NCBI GenBank assembly: GCA_905178155.1
Contig: CAJINV010000017.1
Coordinates: 1,294,722 to 1,358,721 of the forward strand
Reading direction: 5' to 3'
Origin: Amoebophrya sp. A120
Taxonomy: Eukaryota; Protista; Dinoflagellata
DNA length: 64,000 nt
Below the pieces are notes generated by a model that did no database searches, was not told where the DNA came from, and saw only the letters and a program-made list of their open reading frames with translations. Made by a program: the position numbers and the translations under genes. Within the stretch, counting starts at the first letter, position 1; every line of letters begins with the position of its first letter. Below, in pieces: positions 39,376 to 54,300 of the stretch.

Positions 39376-40570
39376 GAGTGAACAAGAACAAAGACAAAGC
39401 GATTGTCGTTTTACAAAAATCCTAAGGATTGATTTCTCCTCCTTCGACGCTCACGTGAACACATAGATAATGCAGCATTCGAGCAGCTGTCCGACAACAA
39501 GTACAGAAGCATCTCGAGGTCATATGTATTATCCGTTCCTGATATTCATCCTTTCCCTGTATCAATTGCAATCTGTCGAAGCCGAGCAACGAACTGGAAT
39601 TAGAAACCCAATTTGTATAAAAATAGACAAGCCCCGCCACCACCACCAGTACTTGTACCAGTAGCGAAAGCTGCTTATCCTCGTGTTTGTACCTCTTTTC
39701 TCAGTGTCCTCAAGCATTTACATAAAAACAAAAACGCTCAAAGAGCGTATGCTTTCTACACAACTCATATCTGGAGAAGATCCTTTATTTGAAATAAAAG
39801 TATAACTACCGTGGAAGAATTAGTCATTTTTTGTGTGCCAGCAATCTTTCGATCTCGTACAGTCAAAAAATAAATGCACCCGTAGTTGTTCTTTATTTTC
39901 GTTTCGTGCGCTCGTTGAGTTTTTTGTGGTACAGATAATTCCTTCTTGCGTACGCTTTGATTCATAGTAATGGAAGAACAAGTTCGTAGTAGTCGAAAAA
40001 AAGCAAAAACTTTGCGTTGACACGAGCTCTATGGATCGGATTCCGCTGTTCTCGCACCGTACTTCGCCTTTTTGTCGTGGAATGTGACTTAAGAACGGTA
40101 TTGAGCAGTCGGCACGCGTCGTGATATTGAGTTCGAGAGGACTTCGTTGTGCTGCTGGAGAGGGATGTTTAATTCTTGTGCTCGAGATGAAGAAGTGACG
40201 CTAGTCGTGACGAATAATTTGTCCGGAGTCGAAAGAAAAACGCCATCAGTGGTCTCAGTCTCCTGATGTGAGTCTGAGGCGGAGAAGGGTATGACGAGTA
40301 CTTGCTGATTTATTCGTGGCAGTTTGCAGCTAGTGCTTCAACCTTCATATCGTCGTCTGAGGGGGAGGATCGGCCCAAGGCCATGTTGTGGCTAGCTTTC
40401 AAAAAGGTAGAAAGATAAAAGCAAAACATCAAGACTCAAGATTGAGCACTGCTTACGACTTCTTCTGCGAGAAGAATGATTTTGGTGCGTGTGATGTAGG
40501 GTGAACAAACGTAAACACTTAAAGCCTTACTCACAGTACTTAAGAACGACCACGAGCTCCTCTTGGCAAA

Positions 40571-40931
40571 ATGCCGTGGGGCTACTACCACAAGCAGGCG
40601 GTGAAAGAGGAAAACCGCGAGAAGCTCGCGGAATACATCACCTCAACGCGACAGCAGTGCTCTCGGATCAACGGCGATATCACCTACTACCGAACTTCGC
40701 AAAGACTGGAGAACGACAAAAGTCGTATTTTTTGTTGCGTTTGTGATGTTGAAGTGTTTTCGTCGCAGTTTTGTTTGCATCCTGTCTGGTACCTGAGAAA
40801 GCAATGAATATGAATCCGAGCTGAAGAACACATTGAAAATGAAGCTGACTCGTCTCAACACAGATCTCCCGCGCACCTTAGCCAAGGCCACGGATGTTCC
40901 CAGAGACCTGTATGATCCAGTGATGAAATAG
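40571..40931 (+). CDS. Small hypothetical protein, probably two exons
   Basis: MPWGYYHKQAVKEENREKL..., T-rich putative intron ~40722-40797, then ...YESELKNTLKMKLTRL...PVMK*. Confidence 0.4.
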
Positions 40932-42327
40932 ATTACCATCACATGCGCATGACAGCAAGTCCCGCCTCCACATGGATGTGCATGATCAATCCATGCGTAG
41001 TCGTTCTAGTCTGTAGTCGTAGTTCTGGCAAAGTAGCATTACACGTGACGCAGACGAGCCGGAGCCATTTTCGCAGTTTTTGTATGTCAAGGTGATGGTG
41101 ATGATAATCTTGCCTTCACGACAGGATACCTGCCGGCCCGATTTGAGCGTCGGCGAGATTCGAGAAATGGGACGCCAACTTTCACACTTCGAGAAGCTAA
41201 AAAAATATTGCTTCAAACCATCATAAAATGGATCCGCTTGTTTTATGCTCTGCTTTATCACCTCGTCTACCCCATATTGTAAACAAACAGTCAGTTCTTC
41301 TTTTGTATCGCTTCGCTTTCAACATCAACATCAGAGGTCGTTGATGCGCCAGACGTACTTCTCGTATCAACTTTTCTTGACCTTCTTGTTTCTCTTTCTG
41401 CAGCTAGAACGTACACCGCAAGTGGTCCTCAGCGAGTATTAACTACACCGGTTCTTCGCGATCGCGTCCTCGTTCTTGTGCTCATCTGGCTCTTCTTTGC
41501 TTCATCTTAAACATAAGCCCCTTTTCGCAGTTGAGCTTTGCTTTCACAAAATGAATATGAATTCGAATCTGGTCGTGAATCGCTGCACGATATTGATACG
41601 ACGCAGGAAGAAATAATGCAAAACTTGGCTACGGGCACGGGTACGGGCACGGTGTCGAAGTCGTGATTGGTGGTCGTGACTTCCCCGCGGTACCTTCTGT
41701 GCTTGTTTCCACACGGAAAAGTTGTGTCTGTTGAACATCGAAGCTTCGTACGGTTACGACGGCGGAAAAAAGAACGCAGCTTACATTTCTGCGTCGGGCA
41801 TGCATCGCTTTTTGTTTTTTTTTTAGCCGAGGAATTTCTTTTTGATTTTGATGAGTCGCAGCTTGTCTGAGGAAGGATCTCCACGCATGCAACCTCCTTT
41901 ATTTCATCGTACGCGCATACGATCACCCAGCTGTTAAAGTTCAACTTCAGGATGAGGATCTGTTTGTTAGAAATGTGGATGGTGGTGGACAACAAAGAAC
42001 ACAAATGAAAAGTGTAGTGTGCCGCTGCATTGTCGAGAGTGACGTATTACTACGCTCTCATCGGTGATTGTTTATGTTTTCTTCGTCTTCGTGTAGCAAA
42101 AGCAAAACTCCGCTTTGTATGAACTCTGCTAAAAGTCGTGAAGTGCAGTCAAGTGGTACAACACTGTAGAACGGAAATCGAAAAACAGGCGGGCGGCAGC
42201 AGCTGAGGCACGATAGCAAAATAAAAACTATGTAGAGGTCTTAGTTTATTCGAAGCTCGTACTAGTCGTCTACTAACTTCTAGATCTGATGCTATTCTAA
42301 CCCCCGCCCAGCAACCAGAAACACAAG

Positions 42328-45300
42328 ATGTGGCTTTCGCATCCGCAGCAACCACTTGTCCTCGCGGTCCACGAGGGTGTCATCGCGGTTTACTCCACAA
42401 CCGCCGGGCTCGAGCTGACTCGCATCGATGTCGGCCCGGAGGTGGTGCGCGCGGCCTGGCACCCCCGGTTGCCGGCGTTTTTGGTGGTGACCACGGGGAG
42501 CTTTTCGCTCTACGTCGCGGTTCTTCTTGCCGCTGGGAGTGAGGATGGAAGTGGTCGTGATGTTGTCGGCAGAAACCGCAATCATGACAACGAAGAGGAC
42601 TACGAAGAAGACTGCTCTCACGAAACAAGCCTGATAATCAATCCTCCGCTACATTTCGTCCTGCAGCAGAACGTGCCTCACGGGCTGTTGCGCGACCGAA
42701 TTCTGAACGCGTTTTTCGGAGTGCAAAGCCGAGTTTGCCTGTTGCACACCGCAGGGACGGTGGTGCCGCATTTGCAGGACAGCTTGGAAGCCGAGGAGGC
42801 ACAGCTGGATGGCATTTATTCTTCAAGTAGCGCTTTTATTGCGCCAGGGTCTTTCGAACAAAAAAGCACAGCAGCCTCTTCGTCTTCCAGCACCAGAGAC
42901 ACAATTTTCTGCAGCTTTTGGGACGTGCACATCACTTACATGCCCGGCGGAGGTGCTGGAGGTGGTTATGGCTATGGGGCATTAGGGAGTGATGGTGGGG
43001 TGTGTTCTCCGCTTCTTTCCTTCCTCCTCCAAGTCGCGACCGAAGGTAGCAAAGTGCCTTTTATGCCGAATAGTGTTGGGATTAGCACAGGAGCGGAGAA
43101 TGAGGAACAGCTAGACGACACTAAGAATGTTTCTTCGGCCACCACGGGTCCTGAACAAAACTTCGGTCGTCGATTTTACAAAACACAGTTTTCCGTTGCC
43201 GAAATTTGGCAGGACGTCTTCACGAATGCGGAGGTTTGTGCGGACGTGGTGGCCGAGGCGGCAGTGCGCAGAAAAGCCCGAGAGGAAAAGGACTACTACA
43301 GTATTCAATACTACAGGACTCGAAAAATGGCAATGACCCAGAAGATGAACAAAGCTGTTCCTACAGGAAGGTCTTCTGCATCGGCAGCAGAGGACCCCGA
43401 CGCGCTCGAAAGCAAGATAGCAACCGACACCCTGGATGCCTGGGATGCGCATGTGGAATGTCTGCGAGGACTACATAGGAAACCACACCACGGCGACGAG
43501 ACTACATATGATGCTGCTACTCGTTCCTCATCACAGCCAAGCTTTTTGTCGGCCGCAACAAAAGCAAAATCCCCCGGTTGTTCTGGTGTCGTTCCAGAGA
43601 CATCACCAAGACTCCCTCTAGATTTCGGCAGCGAGGCTTACTACGCAAGGCTTCTGGAATCAAGTCCGGACGTCAGGTTCTTTGTCACGAGGAAGCGGGA
43701 AAAAACACTCAAGGAGCAGTACGCCAGTCGCGGTCAAGTCAGTCCCTGCGAGCGGTTCCTGGCGTCTTTTGCCGAAAGGCGCGTGCGTGTTTTCTGTTCT
43801 GGCGTTCTTGACGGACTACACGACGGAGCAGACGTTGACTTGATGGGTACACAAGAGAACGCTTTTACCGGACTCGAACAACATCTCCCGAACAGAGGAA
43901 CTGTAGGTCGTGCACGACCAGGGGCGGACGAGAACAGAGACGGAGCAGTTCTGTTCGAGACACCTCCTTCGCGAACGCAAAAGACGAGGGGAGTGTTGCC
44001 TTCCTTACGCCAAACGCTTTGGCAGGGGCCGCGTACCAGCCGTCCTCAGAGAACTTCTGCGATGCGCAGATTGGACGAGATGAACGGGGACTTGGGCTGT
44101 AGGAGTTCGAGTTCCAAAAAAGAAAGCGTTAGTAGAAGTGGCGGCCGCGATCATTTGATTTCCAGCAACGCTAGTGTAGTCCTATTCAACACCGACACCC
44201 CGTTGGTTGAGCGCGACTTTTCAGCCGCGACAAGCTCCCGCAAAGTGAGCTCTTCCTACTGCACGCTCGCTTTCCCTGACCGGGTGAGGTCGGTTTGTTG
44301 GGTTCTCGAGAACAATTGTGCTGCTACATCTCCTTCTACACCGCGAGCGGCGTTTCTGGTGCTCGAGGCGTCTGGACGGGTATCCATTTGGCGGGAAGCG
44401 TGTCGGGGGCAGCCAGTCGGGTTCCGAATGGTGTCCCGAATCGATGTTGGGATGAACCTAAACGTCTCCGCCGCGCGCAGTACTGCACAAGATGCTGAGG
44501 CAGATGGAAGGAACGAACTTTTCCACGTGCAGCCAGTCTTTCCTTTGGCTGCCGGCGGGATAAGGGACCAGGCCCAGCAGATAGCTTCACCTCTGGAAAG
44601 TGTAGTGGAGAACAGAATATTTGAACTTCTGCAGGAAAGCAGTCGAGGCGCTTCAACCAGTAGAGCCGCGCGACTGCTACCGACGGGATCCAATACTTTC
44701 CCGCTACAAAGTCACGGACATTATTGCGGCGACAAAAGAGTAGGCGAGGACTTTGGTGGTCAACATCTCGATGAGTTGACGCCAGATGTTTCAAACGTGA
44801 GCATCGCAACATCTTCTTCGGGGGGCACTGCATCTACCGGCGATTCCTCCTTTCCGTTCGTCGCTCTGACCACCCAGGGTTTGGTGCTGTGCAACGCGCC
44901 GCTGGAACAGGGGCAGCTGCACACGTGCATGTCAGCTCCGCTGGTCGCACTTCTCGAAAACACGGCACACTTTCACGCCTGGTACTGTTTCAGTGCTGTT
45001 GAAGTCGTGCAGGATGAAACCGCCACACAGACGTCGGCAACGCTGCAAAGGCAAGCAGACGCGAAATTATACGCCGGTACCAGAATTACAACAACATCAA
45101 AACTCTTTCACTTCACCGCCCTCACTGCACACGGTGACCTGGTCCGGTTCGGTAGCGACGGAAGAAAACTGTGGGGCCGGGACGTACGGGCGAAAAGAAA
45201 TTTGAAGTTTTTGGAAGCAGGAAACAACGCGAGCGTGGATGCTTGGGGTGGATCATCTTTGGCAGCTGCTGTTAGCTCGTCCACTGCAGCGGATATTAGC

Positions 45301-48300
45301 GCAGCGTCTGGCGCAAAACATCAAACATTATCGGCCACGCGAGGATCTCCAACGAGGAAAAAAGACCGGGCGTTCTTCGATGAGGCCCGACCGAGGTTGT
45401 TGGAGGAGGTCTTTTTGAAGACGCAACAAGGTTCTTGCGCGGTACCTCTACCTGCTTCGAAAGTAGTCTCCCAGCTCCTGATGCATCCGACTGTCGGCTA
45501 CGCGGCTACGTTGACAAGCGGCACAGTGCGCATTTACCAGCCATTTTCCTCATCATCATCTTCTGCGCGTGCTTCTCACGGGACGAGCAGTGGCGTACCA
45601 GGAAAAGCTCCTGCAAATACTGCATCGTTAGCCACACCACCGGCAAATGCAAACAGCGCACCGACAGTAGTAAGATCCAAAATTCTTTCCCACGGGGTGC
45701 TAGGCGGCGGTCACGACTCCATTCGGTGTCTCGCCTGGGACACAACAAACACGAGGAATTACCCGCCCCTGTTGCTCGGTGTGACCACGACCTCGGTGTT
45801 GGTAAGCGCCAGAATCACGTCACTGGACCAAATCGGATTCAAACCTGTTCTGGTTCGCGGGGGAGGGGGCGGTAGTTTGAACACTTCTGCGCAAGTACCT
45901 GCCTCAACAACAACGTCAACATTATCGTCCTCTCAAAGTAGAACAGCTTCAAAAGCAACCACAAAAGACCAGTTGTCTTCATCTCGTCGCGCACCTGCTG
46001 CTGCGCCTCTCGTCGGCATGGTTACGAGGACTTCTTCATCTTACAACCGTGATGACGCAGGAGCCTCGACGTCCACATCACAGCAAGGCGCGACTTCGCA
46101 GGTCAAGAATGTTGAGGCCGTGGTGGTGAAGTTGTGCTTCACACTGGTGCTCTATCACGACAAGACACTCGACGTCGGGCAGTTCTCGATCAAAAATCGC
46201 GATGGGATGTTCACGGTGTTCTGGCAGGCGAGGCACACACTGAGACTGAATGTCATGAACGCAGCGAATTATAGTGCGCTTTCAGTATCGGGGCCGGGGG
46301 CGGCACCCGCACGACCCGCAGCGATGTCGCAGCAACAAATTTGCGTGCGGAAGAGACTGGACTTCATGCCAGATGCACTCGGTGCGGAAGTGCTTGTGGC
46401 TAACAATTATAGTGGCGAAATTACAGGAGCGGGCGAAGCAGAGTCAGAACCTCCAAGGGAAACCGGTGCGGCTTTCCCGTCGATTCAAACCGGCAACATC
46501 CGAACTGGAGAGATGGGAGTGCTCAAGGGACTCGGATTTGCAAAAACCTCCACGCATCGCGCTGTCATCGCCGCGCATAAAGACAAACTCAACGACCAAC
46601 AACTTCGCCACCAGGGAGGACCAAAAATCCTTGCCATCGACCTTGTAGACGACTACCTCGGTGTGCTGTGGAGCTCCGCTGAGGTTGCAATTTATTTCTG
46701 CGGTAGCGTCACGGGATCGGGACGAGACGCAACGGAAAACAGTGCAGCTGGTCTCGATCACCAACAAAAAGTATCTGGAGCAGCACATCAGACGCGGTCA
46801 AACACGAAAAATAACACTAAAAGAAAACCGCGGGAGAAGTCCTCCTCCTCGTTCCGGTTGCTTTGCAAAATCGTTCTCAAAAACGTGCCCAACCTGCAGC
46901 GCGACAAGGCGGCTGACTCAACGACGACCTTCCGTGCCTGGAACGCGCAAGGGCCGGTGAATGATTTAGCCCAGGGGCTGTATCAGCAATCGAATAACCT
47001 CACGAAGTCCATTCTGGACCACGTAAAGCAACCACCGAATCTACTGCATGCCGCGACCGCGTCTGCCGGAAATACGAGCAGGAGCTTCCACCGTGGTTCA
47101 CAAGACGAGAAGACGCAAACTGAAACTTCACTCTTCGCATCGTCAGGTGCAAGAACAGGAAATGCAAAAATCGAAGTAAAACTACAGGCGTCCGACTTCC
47201 TCACCTACGGTTTTTTCGAGTTCCAGCGCAACACCAGTACCGGCGACGGCCTGGTAGCGCTCGCCTTCGGTTTCGGCGACTCCGGTTTGTATGGTCCGAA
47301 CCTGTTCGCCAGAAGTCGATCGCAGGTCGCCGGCGAATCTTTTGTCACCGCCCAGGTCCTCTCGGTTGCCCCGACGACGGAGGCGGTGTGTTTTGGGCCA
47401 AGCAATTCCGGCACTTTGCTCGTCATGGACAACAGCGACCTGCGGTCTCCGCAAGTCTGCCTCCAGGTGATACCGTTTCCGTCGGCCATAGCGAACGCGC
47501 TGCACTCCTCGACGGCACTGAATCTGTACCACCCGGACGCGCTTCACTTTTTGATCACGCACGCCAACTTCTTTCCGGACAAAATGGTCCACACGGTACT
47601 GCGAAAATTGCGGGAGGGCTTGAAAACAGCGAACTGGGAGGTGCTGGCCGATATTGTTGTGGATAACGATATCTACGAGGAACACGAGCAACTCGGTCAC
47701 CGAGATGAAATAACTGGTACTCCGTCGCAATTCGTATCAGCGCCCGCGACTGTCGCGACGACCAGTGTGGTCACTGCTAATCCCAAAGCCGACTGCGCAG
47801 AAGATTTTTGGAACGATCGCGACAGCGATAGCGATGCGGATGAAATGGAGAAGCTTACTGCTGCTTCTACCAATCTCGATGTTCTTACCTCTTCAGAACC
47901 TAAAACCGCGCGGCCTTCAGCTGGCGCAACAACTCCTATTTCAACTGCAGTAGCTCCTGTGTCCTTCTGTTCCTCCACGTGGGACGCTGCTTCTTGGCGA
48001 TTACCCGAGGTGGAATTGAAGGAAATCGTGGAACTTTTACACCACAAGCGCATTCCTTTTGTGGATTCCGCGGAGCAAAGGGTGCTAATCCAGATGCTCA
48101 ACAGCTTCACGTCAACGGGAGCATCAAAACCAGCGATAATTCCCTCGAATCCGCTTGCCTCGCTAAAGGTTGACTTTCCCGGGCAGAAGTTCCTTCGCGC
48201 TTGGTACTTTCACCGCGGATTGAATCAAGTTTATTCCGCAGCGACAGGGACTTCTACGACTACTGGAACCTCCACTACAAGCAGTTCGACCAGCACGACC

Positions 48301-51300
48301 AGAGAAAACTACAGCGCTCTTTCCTCATCGTCCTCCTTCCCAATGCTGACAACTTGTGCTGCCGCCAGCCTGTCCACCGAAGACATTGTGTGGGCGTTGC
48401 ACAGCAAGGACCAAAGTGCGCTGTGTGATTTGATGCTTTTCGAACTGGAGAAACAAACGGAACATGCTGCCAACATAGCAAACCAGCCGACCACGTTCGC
48501 TCTGGAAGGGGAGGAGACGAAAATTTCGGGGGAACAGATTTGGAGAGCCTTCGAATCCGTTTCCAAGCTCGGGTTTTGGCTGACCAACAAGACGCAAATC
48601 ACCCGCTGTCTGGAGGCGCTTCCGAAGAAAATTCTGCAGCTGCAGAAAGACGTCCCCCTGCAGGACCGGAACCCGGAGGCGGTGGCCTTGTGGTACGCCG
48701 CGTTGGGGCGGCACAGCTTGCTGGCCGCCTTGTACAAAGCGTCGAAACAGGAGGCCATTGCAGGCTTTATCTCCCAACTGGCAGCGAATGTAGGAGGTGG
48801 AGGGAGTTTGCGGAAGAACCAAGTACAACTTACAGGAACAATGCAGGGAGCGGCTCGTCATCATGCAGGAACAAGTGGAACTACTTCTACTACAGGCATC
48901 GAGCAGCAGGATAATTCTCAGCAGACACAGGATCAGGAGCAACAGCAGCAGTCGCAAGCCGTGAAGACCAAAGCGATCAAAAATGCGTACGAGTTGATCC
49001 GGCAGAAGCGGTACATGCTGGCGGCGACGTTTTTTCTCTTGGCGGACCGCTGGCGCGACGCGGTAGACGTTGTAGTGCGGTACATGAGCGACTTTGGCCT
49101 CGCTTTACTCCTTGCCCGGCTCGCGCCCCTCGACGCTGTGGAGATCGATCCGACGAGTGGGTTTGGAGCGGAGGAGAAGAAGCGGGTGGAGGAGGTAATC
49201 AGGGTGGCGGAAGGTGGCGGGGCGAATTTCGAAGAAGATGGAGATGGTATAAGTGCTGTCTTGTTCCTGATCCTGCTATTCCCTGACAATCTTTTCTACT
49301 TGCATTGTTCTTGGAGACGGTTGAATGCATGGGTGTCATGCCACCTCCTGGAGGAGCAAAATGAAATCCAATACAGAACTACGATGCAACAAAAAGAAGA
49401 ATAACAAAATAAACTAACATCAGCCTTCGCTGCCGGCTCCCCGGAACTACCGGTAGCAGTATCAGCCACTGTAGCTGCTAGCTCCATGAAGATTGACCAC
49501 GACTTCGAGCAGACTGCAACAATAAAAGTCCCCCCGCTCGTGTACCACGTTGCCATGGACGAGCTTTTTCCTCTTGCGCAGAGCCGGGGGGACGTCTGGC
49601 TTTCTAGTCTAGCGTTGTGGCACGCGGGGAAGTGTGTGGACGCCGCGGCCGTGCTGTCAGGAAGAGCAGGCGTAAGAGCGTCGTCGTCGACCAAAGGAAG
49701 TGCGATTGTTCCGGCTGTCGAGTCGTCGTCCGGCGATGCACCGGCTTCGGCGCAGTCGGGCGGAACCACGTCAGGAGAGATGACGAACGCATCCCCTTTC
49801 GCAGCTTCGTCCTTCTCTCCTGACATGATCTCCTACAACAACCACGAGAATTCATCATCCCAGCTGCCACCAACGTCCGGGCAAGCGACTTTCCTAGTCG
49901 GTCTGCGCCCGGGCGCCCGGGACGAGCTGATCACCGGCCACTTCCACGATTTCCTCGTCGAATTACTGCGATGCGACATGAAAATCGAATTCTCGGCGCA
50001 TATAGCAGGCGCGGAACAAACGTCGAATACGTCTACTTCCAGCACTGCTTTATTTCAAAATAGTGCAACCACGTCAGCTACACCTACAGGGGTAGCAACC
50101 GCCAGCGGAGCGAAGATTTCCAAGCCGCGTCTCTCTCGCCAATGGTCGTCCGTTTCGAGCTCCCGGCAGAGTTCGAAAGAACAGTTCTCCTCTGGCGCAG
50201 AAGGGACGTCAACCACTATGGGCATCGCAGCCGAGGATGAGATATCACATTACGATCCAGAACATCAAGCAAAAGTTGATGTAGATCAAGTGAGTAACTC
50301 CATCACAGAACTGGGGCTAACGTACCTCCAGCGCCGGCACCCCGTGCTCGCTTACCTTTCCGGCGATCGCTCCGTGCCGGTTATCCGGGCACTCTTACCA
50401 TTGTTTCTCGGCATGGGCAGGAGTTTTGAAGAGTTTACCGAACAGCTTCCGACCCCGCACTTATCCTACGCCGAGAAGCACCAGCTGTGGGTAACCAGTG
50501 CTTCTTCCGGCGGTAGGAATAACGGCGGCCAGAGGACTACAGAAATATCATCCCGCAAGGGAGGTGGACCGAAAAACAGCATGATCAGTGGTCTGAATGC
50601 CGCGAGTGCGGAGAATTTCGTGCTCGAGACTCTATCCTTCTGCGTGCGAAACAACGCAACGAGCTTGGCGCCCGGCGTGGACTTTCCGTGCCGCGTGTTG
50701 AAAGCGGCGCTCCCCCACTGCGGATCGTTGAAGTTGCAGACCCTTGTTGCTGCAGTGCTGGCGCTGTACGAACTTACTACCGGCAGCGGATTGTGGTTGA
50801 GTGACTACAAAAACTGCGCGGCGCGATATTCGTCTTCCAAGAAAGGTAGTGGCTCAGCAACGGATCATGCGCACCGTGGGAAAACATCTGCAGGAGCAAT
50901 TGCGGCTGCCCCTCTGTGGGCCTCTGATTTCCTGAACAAAGACGTCGATGGAAAGCAAGTGCTGTTGGGTGACCCGACGGAAAACCTTCTGGATAGCGAG
51001 GAGGAGAGTAGAACAGGAAGTATGACAACGGAAGAGCTTCACTCGGCGAGAGAGAAGACTACCGACGTCATGTGGCGCGTTCTTTTGCAAGCAGTGCAGG
51101 AATTGTCTGCGGACGCAGTGCTCGTGCAGGGAACAAGGTCTGGATCTGTTGGTGGATCGCATCCTTCTCCGACGAATCCTTCCGGGTCGTCTTCAGGCGC
51201 TCGTCCTAGGCAGATACTCCACCCCCCAGCCCCGACTTTCAGTACCGCCGCATCGCTTTTGCTGCAACACTACGAAGACGAGGACTCTCTGACCAATACC

Positions 51301-54300
51301 AGCACTGAAGATCTTCCTCCTGCTGCTGGCGCTGGTAATAAAACTGGAAGCACATCAGCAAGTGCCAATATGAGTGGTCCACAGCATTCGCGACCACACT
51401 CCCCTGCTCGTCCGCAGCCGCCAACACCAACGCAGGCCCTACTTCCGGTTTTTCTCACGACAGCATTGTCCTCTTCCGCCCAGCTTCCTGCCTCCGTCCA
51501 ATCCGACCGCCTGGTCCACACGGACGCGGCAACCCGGCACCCAAACAGCCGCATGCTTGAGTCGCTTGACCACGATCGCGACGTGGTTCGGGCGAGGTTT
51601 GACAAACTTCGTACGGATTTCCAGGCGGAATTGCAAGTGTGCAGGGATAAAGACGCAGGTGGTGGAGCTCTTCGCTTTACTTCTTCCAAGAAAAAACAAT
51701 GGGTGGATAGCTCCTGTGGAGGTCTGCTGTGTCTCACTCCGCTTCAGAAAGTTTTCGTCTTGTCCTTCGCGGTGCAGGTTAGCGAACAGTTGGTGGACCA
51801 CCTGCTTCAGAAAACGGAATTCGAAACGCGAAGCGCGCCACCTTATACAGGGCCGCTGACGGGCATAGCTACAACAAATCCGTCTTCCCGTGCGCCATCC
51901 TCGACATACAACAGCAAACAATCGAAGTCGACCGCGTCTTCTTCATCGACTTTCGACTCGCTCCCGCAAACCGGCACCATGCGGACCTTCCTCCACCTTA
52001 TCACAGTGCGTGCGCGGCACTGCGTCGTCGAGGAATTTTCCAAGTGCCCCCAGGATTTGAAACTGGCGTTGCTGCACGACGACATCTTTTCCTTGCAAAT
52101 CCCGCAGGAGCTGGCGAGCTTCACCTTTATGCGTCGGAAATCGAGATCGAAGACCGTACCTCTACCAACAGGAGCCAGCAGCGCAACCGCGATGTTGACG
52201 GCGGCCGAGTACGACGCTGCGCGAAGCGGTGGTGCTGCAGCTGCCTCAGGAATTAGTACTCAGCCGACATCAACTTTTTTCGGCAGCGTGTTCGGCGGCA
52301 TCCTTGCGCCGGTAGTTGTGCCTGAAGCGGTGGACGATGTTGTAGTATCCGACGAGCAGACGCCGAATAGCAGGACTAGCGGGACTAGTACAACTGGGAC
52401 AGCGCAACAAAGTACCATCCACCGGATTCAGCTCACCCCGATGGATGAGTTATTCCGAATCGCCACCGGAAACAACATCGCTGCTTTGACCTTGTGGCAA
52501 AGGCTTTCCGGGACGTCATTTCTCCTTTTGCTTGGCACACACCACCCGGCGGTGGTGGCGATGCGACTTGATGAGAAGTTTGAAAAAGACTTCGCCTTGA
52601 ACCCAAACAATTCCTCGAGCTTTCATTCGGCAACATCCGCCGGACCGTCGACCGCAACCGGAGCTACAGCGCTGAGTGGTAGAACTGCTGCAAATTACAA
52701 CAACCCCGGGAACTTTTCCCTGGATCGGAACCTTCTCACGACCGAAAACGAGCGGAACAAGCTGGAGGAAGAAGAATTCCTGGCCGCTGCAGCGGAACTA
52801 CAACAGAGCGGACTTCTGGATGCAACGGGAACAACAGAGACGAGTCTGAGCGGAACAATCCAAAAGTCCTCTCAGCTGCAGTCTCTCCTCCTGAAAAAAG
52901 TTGTCAATGCCGCCAACTCTTGCGTCGTAGACAACAGCGGGTCGCTACGGGTAAGTTTGTTTTCCGAGACCGACGCTTCGTCCTCGTTTCTAACCGCCGG
53001 GAAGATGGTTAGTGAGGGCGAGAGGTGCCATTTGTCCATGTTGATGCGGAAGCCGTTGCTGGCCACCGACGTGGAACACGAGTGCTGGGACACAGCCAGG
53101 GAGATGCTTCTAGCCGGGTTGAATTATCGCGCCCCGTCCTCGTCGTGTTCGTACGACGAGCGCAGCAGCTTCCTGGCCACCACCGCGAGAGGAGCTGCCG
53201 GTGTTTCTATCGCCCCAGCACAACTTCTTCGAGTATTAAAAAGCGGCGAGATCATGTCCAATTTCAACCCACCGCCAGGAGCAGGGGAGACAGTATTAAA
53301 CGGGACGCCGGGGGCTACAACTGCAACTGGACGGGTCGTTGACGGTCCGCAGGACGTTGTCGTGGATGACCAATCTGCAGCTACGCCTAGTAGTGCAGCC
53401 CGCTCACGGCCCCCGCGGGGAGCTTATCTGCGGATGAAAGTGAACAAGAGCAGCCCGCCGAGCAGAGGTCCAGAGGAGGACGAGGTGCTCGAAGGGAATG
53501 AAAACGCAGCTCCGACGTCATCTTTTTCAGAAAGTAGTAGAAGTAGAACTGCACGTGCACCTGGTGTCCACCAACACGCTCCTCCATCTTCCGCGATCCT
53601 TGACCAAGCGATCAATTTCGAGCAAACTACGGCTGTGAAGAAGCTGAAAACTGTCCCCGAAGTGATCACAATGTCGTGCGCGCACAAGACGGAGCCGCTG
53701 TACGCCGTCGCCTGCGATTCGGGGCCGCTGGCATTCGTGCGCTCGTTTGCGGAGGAAGAATTGGAAATCAGTTTGGACACGTCTGCGCTGGTGAATGCGG
53801 GGAGTGGCAGTTTTGGAGCCGGCAGTGCTGCAGTGGCGGCTTCTTCTAGAGCCGGCGGCGTCAACCAGCAAGCAGCGTTTACATCCCCGGAGAGGCGGCG
53901 GGCCGAAGAAGAGAGTGCTGCAGCAACAACGTCGCAAGGTGGACCGCCAAATGCTGGTGTAAGTGGTGACAACTTGAAGAGGATAACTTCAACACCAACC
54001 CTTAATGGCTCTTCGTCGTCCAGTGGGGCGGTGGGGGTCGCAGCTGGTGCTGGACCAATCTCTCTGTCCCCTCCCGCAGACCTATCCCCAACTACCAGCT
54101 ACTCGGCAGGTGCTGGTGCTGTAGCGAGCGCAGGCTCGTCGCCCGTGGACACCGGCGGAACGTTGCAGCACGGCAAGAAGACGCAGTCGATACCTTCTTC
54201 AACGGCCTCAACTTATCAACAAGTGCAAAAATGTCTGGGTCTGGAAGGTTAGAACTTGTCATGCTAAATCTGAATGATGCAAAAATCTGTGTTGCGTGAG